In this document: positions 8,210 through 16,040 of the stretch, in pieces
Layout of the letters: each line of letters begins with the position of its first letter
How positions within the stretch are numbered: the first letter of the stretch is position 1
Assembly: GCA_041483195.1 (NCBI GenBank)
Contig: JBGPFC010000019.1
Coordinates: 2,853-66,852 of the forward strand
Source of the DNA: Candidatus Eiseniibacteriota bacterium
Lineage (GTDB): Bacteria; Eisenbacteria; RBG-16-71-46
Reading direction: 5' to 3'
Length of the DNA: 64,000 bases
The notes under the pieces: generated by a model
Told to the model about the DNA's origin: nothing
The model's input: only the letters and a program-made list of their open reading frames with translations
Database searches by the model: none
Position numbers and translations under genes: made by a program

Positions 8210-9133
8210 ATGAGACGAGTTCCGATTCTAGTCGTCGCCTTGTTCACGGTCTCGGCGCTTGTGTGGATGGGTGCGCGAGCGCCCGCGTCTTCGCAAGGCC
8301 CGGCGAAGTACGTGGGGGGCGAGACCTGCAAGAACTGTCACGAAGCCGAGTGGAACGCCTTCGAGAAATCGCCTCACGGCCGCGCCGAGGCGGACCAGAA
8401 GGTGGTCGCGGACGTCGTGGGCTGCGAGTCCTGTCACGGACCGGGCTCCGAGCACGCGGAGGCCGGCGGCGACAAGGACAGCCCCGGCTTCAAGACCATC
8501 CGCAATCTCAAGAGCATGGACGCCGAGGCCGCGAGCGAGGTCTGCGCCTCCTGCCACAAGACGGGCGAGCAGTTCTACTGGAAACAGAGCAACCACTCGC
8601 ACGCCGGCGTCGGCTGCCTGAACTGCCACAGCATCCATCATCCGCTGAACGTGGGCGCCGGGCCGATGCTGGTGTCCGCCGACGTGAATCACCTCTGCCT
8701 CACGTGCCACAAGGACAAGCGCGCCGCGCTCGCGCGCTCCGCGCACATGCCGCTGCGCGAGGGCAGCATGACCTGCGCGGACTGCCACAACCCGCACGGC
8801 TCGATGGGCCCGCACATGCTGCGCGCCGCGACCAACAACGAGCTCTGCTACAAGTGCCACGCCGACAAGCGCGGCCCGTTCCTGTGGGAGCACGCGCCGG
8901 TGCGCGAGAACTGCCTGAACTGCCACCAGCCGCACGGCTCGAACAACGACAAGGTGCTGTCGGGCAAGCGGCCGTACCTGTGCCAGCGCTGCCACATCGG
9001 CACGCGCCACCCGAGCACGCTGTACGACAACCCCGACCTCGTGGGGAACCGGTTGTTCAACCGGTCCTGCACCAACTGCCATTCGCAGATTCACGGGTCG
9101 AATCATCCCTCTGGCAAGTACTTCGAGCGATAG
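8210..9133 (+). CDS. mtrA: periplasmic decaheme c-type cytochrome, MtrA/DmsE/PioA/MtoA family
   Basis: RBS GGATGGAGG, signal peptide, and ten CxxCH motifs in 307 aa (CKNCH, CESCH, CASCH, CLNCH, CLTCH, CADCH, CYKCH, CLNCH, CQRCH, CTNCH). Family-typical C-terminus CTNCHSQIHGSNHPSGKYFER. Confidence 0.85.
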   Translation: MRRVPILVVALFTVSALVWMGARAPASSQGPAKYVGGETCKNCHEAEWNAFEKSPHGRAEADQKVVADVVGCESCHGPGSEHAEAGGDKDSPGFKTIRNLKSMDAEAASEVCASCHKTGEQFYWKQSNHSHAGVGCLNCHSIHHPLNVGAGPMLVSADVNHLCLTCHKDKRAALARSAHMPLREGSMTCADCHNPHGSMGPHMLRAATNNELCYKCHADKRGPFLWEHAPVRENCLNCHQPHGSNNDKVLSGKRPYLCQRCHIGTRHPSTLYDNPDLVGNRLFNRSCTNCHSQIHGSNHPSGKYFER

Positions 9134-9143
9134 GAGGACGCCC

Positions 9144-11318
9144 ATGACGACGCTGAGATTTGCAGTCGCGATCGCGCTCGCGGGCGGCCTGGCCGTGAAC
9201 GCTCCCAGCTCCCCCGCGCGGGCCGCCGAAGGCGACGCCACGTTCGGAGGACAGTGGTGGAATCAGACCGCCCCCGACGCGAAGTACCAGGAGTTCCGGC
9301 AGGTGTCGCGCGGCGGCTTCCTCGAGAATTTCGTGATCCGCGAGTGGTCGGGCCGCACCAGCGTGGCGCTGTGGGGGGCGAACGCGCTCCACGGAGACCA
9401 GGCGGCGAAGCTCACCGTGGCGGACGGCGTTCGCTGGCGGGCGGACTTCGGCTACACCCAGATCCCTCACCAGTTCAGCTTCACGTCGCGCTCGCCATGG
9501 TCGCAGAGCTCGCCCGGGTCGTTCACGCTGCCGGACCTGATCCAGTCCGCCAACCAGACCACGCCGGCCAACTACTCGACGAACATGCGCGACGTGCTGG
9601 CCAACTCGCCGCTCATCGGGCTCGGTTTCGACACCGACATCTCGTCGGCCCGTCTCCGGGCGCGGCCCACGCGCGACTGGCAGCTCGATGCGCGAGGCAC
9701 GGTGCGCGAGCGCTCGGGTCAGAAGCCGTACGCCATGACGTTCGGGTTCAGCACCGCGATCGAGATCCCGGAGCCCATCGACCAGCGCATGGTCGACGCC
9801 GACGTCATCGCGAACTACCAGCACAAGGACATGACCGCGCAGGTGGACGTTGGCGTCTCCACGTTCACGAACCACATCAGCACGCTGCGCGTGGACAACC
9901 CGAAGCGCGCCACCGACGTGGTCGGCGGCGACGGGCCCCGGGTGGGAGCGCTCGACCTCTACCCCGACAACCAGGTGATTCGCGGCACGCTCGCGCTCGG
10001 CTATGAACTCCCGAAGCGCACGTCGGTGACCGCGACGGTCGGCATGAGCCAGGGCAAGCAGGACGACAAGTTCCTGCCGTACACCAACAATTCGGCGCTC
10101 GCCCAGAGCCGGATCGATTCGCTCCCGGTACGCAGCCTCGACGGCAAGGCGGTGCAGCTGAACGGAGACGTGCGGCTCTCGACCCGCCCGATCGAGGGGG
10201 TGGAGGGCGCGCTGCGCTTCCATTACACCGACTACGACAACCAGACCGAGGAGCACAATTTCAGCGGCCAGTCGCCATACGACGTCTCGTGGCAGCCGTA
10301 CGCCATCCACCCCAATCACGTGCTCAGCAACAAGCAGCTGGTGTCGGGCGGCGATCTCGACTACGCGGTGACGCCGCAGATCAAGCTCGGCGGGACGGTC
10401 GAGTACCGCACCCGCGACCGCACCGAGCGCGAGGTCGAGAAGGACAACGAGACCGTCTACGGCGGTCACGCGCGAATGCACCTGATGGACAACGTCCAGC
10501 TCCAGGGACGCTACACGCACGGCGACCGCAAGCTCGACGCTTTCAACAACGACGAGTACATGATCTACGTGGCGCGCACGCGCACCCCCGTCACCGGCAT
10601 CTACGACTCGCTGGTGCAGGGCGAGCAGACCGCGCTCCGGCGCTTCGACGTCGCGAACCGCGTGCAGGACATGGCGAGCGGCGGCGTGTCGTATGCGCTG
10701 GGCGAGCGCGCGGACCTGAGCGCGAGCTACGCCTACCTGAAGAACGACTACAAGGACTCGCAGTTCGGACTTCAGAAGGAGACTCAGCAGACCGTGGCCA
10801 CCGACGCGACGATTCACGTCAACGAGCGCCTGGACCTGAACGGCGGTTACGGCTACGGCGTGACCGAGACCAACCAGGCGTCGCGGGTGTCGAACGCCGC
10901 GACGCTCAGCACCCTGGCGAACAACAACTGGTTCGCGCTCTTGAAGGACACCGATGTCTTCTACTTCGCGGGCTTCGAGTGGACGCCGAAGGAGAAGCTC
11001 ACGCTGGTCGGCAACTACCAGCTGAGCCGCGACCTCTCTCTGTTCGATTTCACCGATCCGCTCAACACCTCGATCGACCTCCCGGGCACCATCTATCGCC
11101 GGCACGAGGCGCAGCTCGACGCGCGCTGGCAATGGATCAAGAGCACCGTGATCATCGGGCGCTGGGGCTGGGAGGAGTACGACTCGATCGACTGGGCCAC
11201 CAACAACGTGCCGTACGTCTTCCCGCTGGTGGGCGCCTCGACCGGCGTGTTCCTCGGCGACAGCTCGCAGGGGTACAAGGCGCATCGCCTGGCGCTGCTG
11301 GTGAAGCACAGCTTCTGA
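9144..11318 (+). CDS. mtrB: MtrB/PioB-family outer-membrane beta-barrel (decaheme-associated porin)
   Basis: Starts 10 nt after mtrA. Signal peptide ...SSPARAAEG. 724 aa with alternating beta-strand-like composition rich in Y/G/D/T/N, and a C-terminal aromatic residue (LLVKHSF). Its size and its position next to the MtrA homolog fit the family. Confidence 0.75.
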   Translation: MTTLRFAVAIALAGGLAVNAPSSPARAAEGDATFGGQWWNQTAPDAKYQEFRQVSRGGFLENFVIREWSGRTSVALWGANALHGDQAAKLTVADGVRWRADFGYTQIPHQFSFTSRSPWSQSSPGSFTLPDLIQSANQTTPANYSTNMRDVLANSPLIGLGFDTDISSARLRARPTRDWQLDARGTVRERSGQKPYAMTFGFSTAIEIPEPIDQRMVDADVIANYQHKDMTAQVDVGVSTFTNHISTLRVDNPKRATDVVGGDGPRVGALDLYPDNQVIRGTLALGYELPKRTSVTATVGMSQGKQDDKFLPYTNNSALAQSRIDSLPVRSLDGKAVQLNGDVRLSTRPIEGVEGALRFHYTDYDNQTEEHNFSGQSPYDVSWQPYAIHPNHVLSNKQLVSGGDLDYAVTPQIKLGGTVEYRTRDRTEREVEKDNETVYGGHARMHLMDNVQLQGRYTHGDRKLDAFNNDEYMIYVARTRTPVTGIYDSLVQGEQTALRRFDVANRVQDMASGGVSYALGERADLSASYAYLKNDYKDSQFGLQKETQQTVATDATIHVNERLDLNGGYGYGVTETNQASRVSNAATLSTLANNNWFALLKDTDVFYFAGFEWTPKEKLTLVGNYQLSRDLSLFDFTDPLNTSIDLPGTIYRRHEAQLDARWQWIKSTVIIGRWGWEEYDSIDWATNNVPYVFPLVGASTGVFLGDSSQGYKAHRLALLVKHSF

Positions 11319-11379
11319 TAGGATTCGGCGGACGGGGCGAGGCGGCCCCGTCCGCGCATCACACCCGAAGGCGAACGCC

Positions 11380-11850
11380 ATGAGCGAACCCACCGCGACG
11401 ACGCCCGCGCCGGCGCAGGGAGCATCCCTGGGCCGGCGCACCTTTCTGACCCGGCTCAGCCAGGCGTTCCTGAGCCTGTGGGGGATCGGCACCGCGGCCG
11501 CGGTCGCCGCCTATCTGCGCGCCCCCGACCGCGGCGAGCGCATCGCCGAGCGCATCGTGCGGGTCGGCATGCTCGACGATCTTCCGGTGGGCGAGGCGCG
11601 ACTGGTGCCGCACGGCACGACGCCCTTCTACGTGGTGCGCATGGACGCGACGCGGCTGGTCGCGCTCTCGGCGGTGTGCACGCACGTGCGCTGCATCCTC
11701 AACTACGATCGCGAGCGCAAGGGCCTCGTGTGCCCATGCCACGACGGGCGCTTCGATCTCTCCGGAAACGTGCTCTCCGGCCCGCCCCCGCGCGCGTTGC
11801 CGTCGTACGAGGTCGCGGTGCGGGCTGGCGAAGTGTTCGTGCATCTATGA
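11380..11850 (+). CDS. Rieske [2Fe-2S] protein with a Tat signal (module A)
   Basis: Twin-arginine motif GRRTFLTRL. Cluster-binding boxes CTHVRC and CPCHDGRF. Confidence 0.85.
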   Translation: MSEPTATTPAPAQGASLGRRTFLTRLSQAFLSLWGIGTAAAVAAYLRAPDRGERIAERIVRVGMLDDLPVGEARLVPHGTTPFYVVRMDATRLVALSAVCTHVRCILNYDRERKGLVCPCHDGRFDLSGNVLSGPPPRALPSYEVAVRAGEVFVHL

Positions 11851-12980
11851 GCGGCGCACCGGACCGCGAACCACCCCGCACCGATCGCGGCGTCATCGGC
11901 TGGCTCGAGCGGCGCGTCAACCTCACCGAGATCTTCTCGTTCGTCTCGCACTTCGGCTTGGTCTTCACGCCGGTGGACAGCTCGCGGCCGCTGCGCGAGA
12001 CCCTGCGCGACGTCGCGCGCCAGCCGATCCCGGACTTCGCGCGCTGGCCGCGCGTGCTCGGGCTGCTCGCCGCGATCGGGTTCGGCATCGAGGCGCTCAC
12101 CGGCGTGCTGCTCGCGTTCTACTACCGCCCCACCCCCGACGCGGCGTTCGAGAGCACGCGCACCATCGTGCGCGACCTGCCGCTCGGCTGGTTCATCCAC
12201 CAGATGCACGCCTGGGGCGCGTGGCTGCTGGTCGCGATCGTGGTGGTGCGCATGCTGCGGCTGTTTTGGGACGGCCTCTACCGCGCGCCGCGCGAAGTGC
12301 TCTGGATGACGGCGGTCGGGCTCGCGTGGCTGGTGCTGCAGGCCGACTTCACGGGCCACCTGCTCACGTGGGACGCGCACTCGTACTGGTCGACGGTGCG
12401 CGGCATGGAGGTGGTGTTCGCGCTGCCGCTGGTCGGGCCGGTGCTCGCGTTCCTGCTCGGCGGCCGCGTCGTGAACGACGACGTGCTGATCCGCTTCTAC
12501 GTGCTGCACGTGATGGTGCTGCCGCTGGCCTACGCCGCGCTCATCTACCTCACGTTCGCGACCCTGCGCCGCGTGGGGCTGAGCCCGGCGCCCACCGCCG
12601 TGACCACCGGGACCAGCACCTTCCGCGATCATCTCTACTCGATGACGGTCGCGAACGTCCTGGTATTCGGCGTGCTCGTGTCGCTCGCGGTCCTGCTCCC
12701 GTTCCGCTTCCTCGCGGCGGCCGATCCCTACACGACCCCCGGCGGCGTGCGGCCGCCGTGGTACATGCTGGCGCCCTACGCCGTGCTGCGCATGGCGCCG
12801 GGGCCCGCCTGGCTGTGGGGCCTGCTGCTGGTGGCGATCGCGTTCGCGGTGCTGCTGCTTCCGTTCTGGACGCGCGCCGAAGACGAGCGCGCGCGGACCC
12901 GCATCCGCCTCGGAAGCCTCGCGGCTTTCGCGGCCTGGATCGCGCTCAGCATCGCGGCGCTGTTCCTGGATCGGAAATGA
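11847..12980 (+). CDS. cytochrome b (b6+subunit IV-type fusion), atypical: only one of the two bis-His heme-b ligand pairs is present (module A)
   Basis: ATGA overlap with the Rieske gene. Aligns to the paralog at 28054-29130 (WFIHQMHAWGAWLL vs [14 protein letters not shown]; RFYVLHVMVLP vs [11 protein letters not shown]). R135 (CGC 12249-12251) and T236 (ACG 12552-12554) sit where the second His of helices B and D is expected. The Qo motif reads PPWY rather than PEWY. Confidence 0.8.
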   Translation: MSGAPDREPPRTDRGVIGWLERRVNLTEIFSFVSHFGLVFTPVDSSRPLRETLRDVARQPIPDFARWPRVLGLLAAIGFGIEALTGVLLAFYYRPTPDAAFESTRTIVRDLPLGWFIHQMHAWGAWLLVAIVVVRMLRLFWDGLYRAPREVLWMTAVGLAWLVLQADFTGHLLTWDAHSYWSTVRGMEVVFALPLVGPVLAFLLGGRVVNDDVLIRFYVLHVMVLPLAYAALIYLTFATLRRVGLSPAPTAVTTGTSTFRDHLYSMTVANVLVFGVLVSLAVLLPFRFLAAADPYTTPGGVRPPWYMLAPYAVLRMAPGPAWLWGLLLVAIAFAVLLLPFWTRAEDERARTRIRLGSLAAFAAWIALSIAALFLDRK

Positions 12981-14230
12981 GCGCGAGCCCCGTGGCATTC
13001 GCGCGGCGGGTCGCGCTGGTCACCCTCGTGATCGCGCCGCTCGCCGCGCTCGTCGCGCGCTCGCAGCCGGGCGCGCCCGCGCCCTCCGCGAGCCCGCCCG
13101 GGAACGCCTCGGCGGCGGCCGGCAAGTGCGGCGTGTGTCATCCGTCCGAGCGCGTGCAGTTCGAGACCAGCCTCCACGCTCGCGAGCAGGTCCATTGCAC
13201 GGCGTGTCACGGCGGGAACGACGCGAGCCTCGAGATGTCGGTCGCGCATTCGAGCGGCTTCCGGGGCCGGCCCGCGCGCAAGGACGTCCCCGCGCTCTGC
13301 GCGTCGTGTCACGCGAACGAGGCGCGCATGCGCGCATACAACCTGCCGGTGGATCAGTACGCGCTCTACCAGACCTCGGGACACGGCAAGCGGCTCGCGG
13401 CCGGCGACACGCGCGTGGCGGTCTGCTCCGATTGCCACGGGGCGCACGCCATCCTCGCGCCGAGCGATCCCGGCAGCAGCACGTTCCCGACCAACATTCC
13501 GAAGACCTGCGGCCGCTGCCACGGCGATGCCAGGCTGATGCCCGCCGGGAAGGCGGTGTTCGCGGACTACTCGAAGAGCGTTCACGCCGCGGCGCTGCTC
13601 GACAAGGGCAACCTCAAGGCGCCGACCTGCGTGAGCTGTCACGGCGTGCACGGCGCCGCGCCCCCCGCGGTCGGCGACATCGACAAGGTGTGCGGCCAGT
13701 GCCACACCGCGGAGCGTCGCTACTTCACCGCCGGGGCGCATCGCCACCCCGGCTCGGGCGAGGGGCCGGAGTGCTCGTCGTGTCACGGGGCGCACGCCAT
13801 CGAGGCCGCCCGGCCGGAGCGCATCGCGACATCTTGCGCGGGCTGCCACGCGAAGGGATCGCCAGAGGCCGCGCTCGGCAGCCGCATGTGGACCGAGGTC
13901 CGGGGCGCGGCCGACGAGATCGACAAGGCGACCGCGATCGCCACCAGGGCCGACGCCGTCCCGATCAACACCGACGACTACCGCGCGCGGCTCGAGGAGG
14001 CCCGCACCTACCTGCGCGAGGCCATGCCCGCCGCGCACTCGGTCCAGGAAGAAGTGGTGGCGGGGCTCACGACGCGCGCGCGATCGGTCGCGCACGAGGT
14101 CGAGTCCGACATTCACGGCAAGCTCGGCAACCTCCACGTGCGGCGCTTCGTGCTCATCCTCTTCTGGTTCTACCTGCTGCTCACCATCCTGGTGCTGCGC
14201 CGATTCCAGAAGCGGGCGCCGAGGATCTGA
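12977..14230 (+). CDS. nonaheme c-type cytochrome with a C-terminal TM anchor (module A)
   Basis: ATGA overlap with the cytochrome b gene. Signal/anchor at the N-terminus. Nine CxxCH motifs, followed by a coiled-coil-like region and a terminal TM helix (FVLILFWFYLLLTILVL). Paralog of 26735-28057. Confidence 0.8.
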   Translation: MSASPVAFARRVALVTLVIAPLAALVARSQPGAPAPSASPPGNASAAAGKCGVCHPSERVQFETSLHAREQVHCTACHGGNDASLEMSVAHSSGFRGRPARKDVPALCASCHANEARMRAYNLPVDQYALYQTSGHGKRLAAGDTRVAVCSDCHGAHAILAPSDPGSSTFPTNIPKTCGRCHGDARLMPAGKAVFADYSKSVHAAALLDKGNLKAPTCVSCHGVHGAAPPAVGDIDKVCGQCHTAERRYFTAGAHRHPGSGEGPECSSCHGAHAIEAARPERIATSCAGCHAKGSPEAALGSRMWTEVRGAADEIDKATAIATRADAVPINTDDYRARLEEARTYLREAMPAAHSVQEEVVAGLTTRARSVAHEVESDIHGKLGNLHVRRFVLILFWFYLLLTILVLRRFQKRAPRI

Positions 14231-14231
14231 C

Positions 14232-16040
14232 GTGGCCCGGCTCTCGGGGCTAGGGCCCGACTCGTCGATCGGCCGCTGGGTCGCTCGCGCGAGCTTAGGC
14301 CGCCTCACGCCGCGCGGCCTGCGCATCGCGAGCTTCAGCGCGGCGCTCGCCCTCGGGCTCGGCCTGGTGCTGGTCGTGTTCGCGGCGCAGATGTCGTCGA
14401 CCCCCACCTTCTGCGGCTCGTGCCACATCATGAAGCCATACTACGAGTCGTGGAAACACTCGAAGCACTCGCGCATCGCGTGCGTCGAGTGCCACATCGC
14501 GCCCGGTATCACCTCCGAGATCCGCAAGAAGTACGAGGCGCTGTCGATGGTGGCGAAGTACTTCACCGGAACCTACAGCACCAACCCCTGGGTCCAGGTG
14601 GACGACGCGGCCTGCCTGCGCTGCCACGAGCGGCGGCTGCTCGAGGGCAAGGAAGTCTTCCACAACGTGCTGTTCGACCACCGGCCGCACCTCACCGAGA
14701 GCCGGCGCGGACTCAAGCTGCGCTGCACCTCGTGCCATTCCCAGATCGTGCAGGGCAGTCACATCAGCGTGACCTCCTCGACCTGCGCGCTCTGCCACTT
14801 CAAGAACCAGCCGCTCAACACCGGCACCGGCCGCTGCCTGAACTGCCACCAGATTCCCGAGCGCGTGCTCACCACGGCCGGCACGACGTTCGACCACTCC
14901 GAGGTGCGACGGCTCGACATGGACTGTCGCTCCTGCCACGCCGGCGTGGTGCGCGGCGATGGAACCGTGCCGCGCGAGCGCTGCGTGACCTGCCACAACC
15001 AGGCCGACCGCCTCGCGCGCTTCGGCGACCGGGATTTCCTGCACCGGATGCACGTCTCCGAGCACAAGGTGAACTGCATGAACTGCCACCTCGAGATCCA
15101 GCACGGCAAGGCGGAGCACCCGATGGTGGCGTCGGCCGCCGGCTGCGAGTCGTGTCACGGCGGCGGCCACTCGCCGCAGCGCGACCTCTACGCGGGCGTC
15201 GGCGGCCGCGGCGTGCCCCGCATGCCCGGGCCGATGTTCGCGGCGGGCGTGAGCTGCGAGGGCTGCCACAATCCGTCGGTGTCGGTCGCGGCATCGAACG
15301 ACCCGTTCGCCGAGCGCACGCAGAAGGCGAGCGAGGTGTCGTGCATGAGCTGCCACGGCCCCGGCTACCGCCAGATCTTCTTCGCGTGGAAGGAGGCGGT
15401 GCGCTCGCGCCTCGCCGCGATGCGCGCGCAGCTGGCGGCGAGCGCCGGTGCGATGGGCGCGAACGCGCCGGCCGCGTGGCGGGACGCGCAGTACAACGTG
15501 GCGCTGGTGGATCGCGGGAAGGGCGTGCACAACGTGAACTACGCGTACGCGCTGCTCGAGAAGGCCCACGAGCAGATGAACGAGGCGCGGCGCGCGCGCG
15601 GGCTCGCTGCGCTGTCGCTCCCGTGGACCACGGTCGCGGCCGGATCGGCCGCCGCCAACTGTCTCGGGTGCCACGCCGGGATCGAGCGCCAGGCGGGCAC
15701 GTTCGCGGGGCGCGCCTACGCGCACGCGCCGCATCTGGCCGCGAAGCTCGACTGCTCGACCTGCCATCGCCCGCACCAGGAGCGCGCGCCCGGCGAGATC
15801 GTGAAGTTCGGCGCGAACGGCTGCGTGCCATGCCATCATCCGACCGCCGCGGTGGAGGCGCCGAAGTGCATGGCGTGCCACGGCGACGTCACAGCGCGCA
15901 CCGTGACCAGCTTCCGCGGCGAGTTCTCGCACAAGGGCCACCTCGAGCAGGGGCTCGAGTGCGGAACCTGCCATCAGCCGAAGAACGGCGACCCGCGGCC
16001 CGCGAAGGAAACCTGCGCGCAGTGCCACGAGGGCGGGTGA
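14232..16040 (+). CDS. 18-heme c-type cytochrome with an N-terminal NapC/NirT/CymA-like membrane-anchored quinol-dehydrogenase module
   Basis: GTG start 1 nt after the previous stop. TM helix, then FCGSCHIMKPYYESWKHSKHSRIACVECH (NapC/NirT signature). Eighteen CxxCH motifs counted in 602 aa. Confidence 0.8.
   Translation: MARLSGLGPDSSIGRWVARASLGRLTPRGLRIASFSAALALGLGLVLVVFAAQMSSTPTFCGSCHIMKPYYESWKHSKHSRIACVECHIAPGITSEIRKKYEALSMVAKYFTGTYSTNPWVQVDDAACLRCHERRLLEGKEVFHNVLFDHRPHLTESRRGLKLRCTSCHSQIVQGSHISVTSSTCALCHFKNQPLNTGTGRCLNCHQIPERVLTTAGTTFDHSEVRRLDMDCRSCHAGVVRGDGTVPRERCVTCHNQADRLARFGDRDFLHRMHVSEHKVNCMNCHLEIQHGKAEHPMVASAAGCESCHGGGHSPQRDLYAGVGGRGVPRMPGPMFAAGVSCEGCHNPSVSVAASNDPFAERTQKASEVSCMSCHGPGYRQIFFAWKEAVRSRLAAMRAQLAASAGAMGANAPAAWRDAQYNVALVDRGKGVHNVNYAYALLEKAHEQMNEARRARGLAALSLPWTTVAAGSAAANCLGCHAGIERQAGTFAGRAYAHAPHLAAKLDCSTCHRPHQERAPGEIVKFGANGCVPCHHPTAAVEAPKCMACHGDVTARTVTSFRGEFSHKGHLEQGLECGTCHQPKNGDPRPAKETCAQCHEGG

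Noticed and set aside
7900-9147. 415-aa plus-strand ORF overlapping mtrA in another frame, and the 9057-11492 minus-strand ORF antisense to mtrB
   Set aside because: The overlapping frames encode a ten-heme cytochrome and an OM barrel with clear signatures. The alternative frames are Arg/Ala/Pro-rich low-complexity sequence.
8210-16040. Search for an MtrC/OmcA-type outer-surface decaheme lipoprotein in or next to the conduit operon
   Set aside because: None of the multiheme genes next to mtrAB has a lipobox plus a ~650-aa decaheme layout. The absence is therefore reported as an observation, not as a feature.
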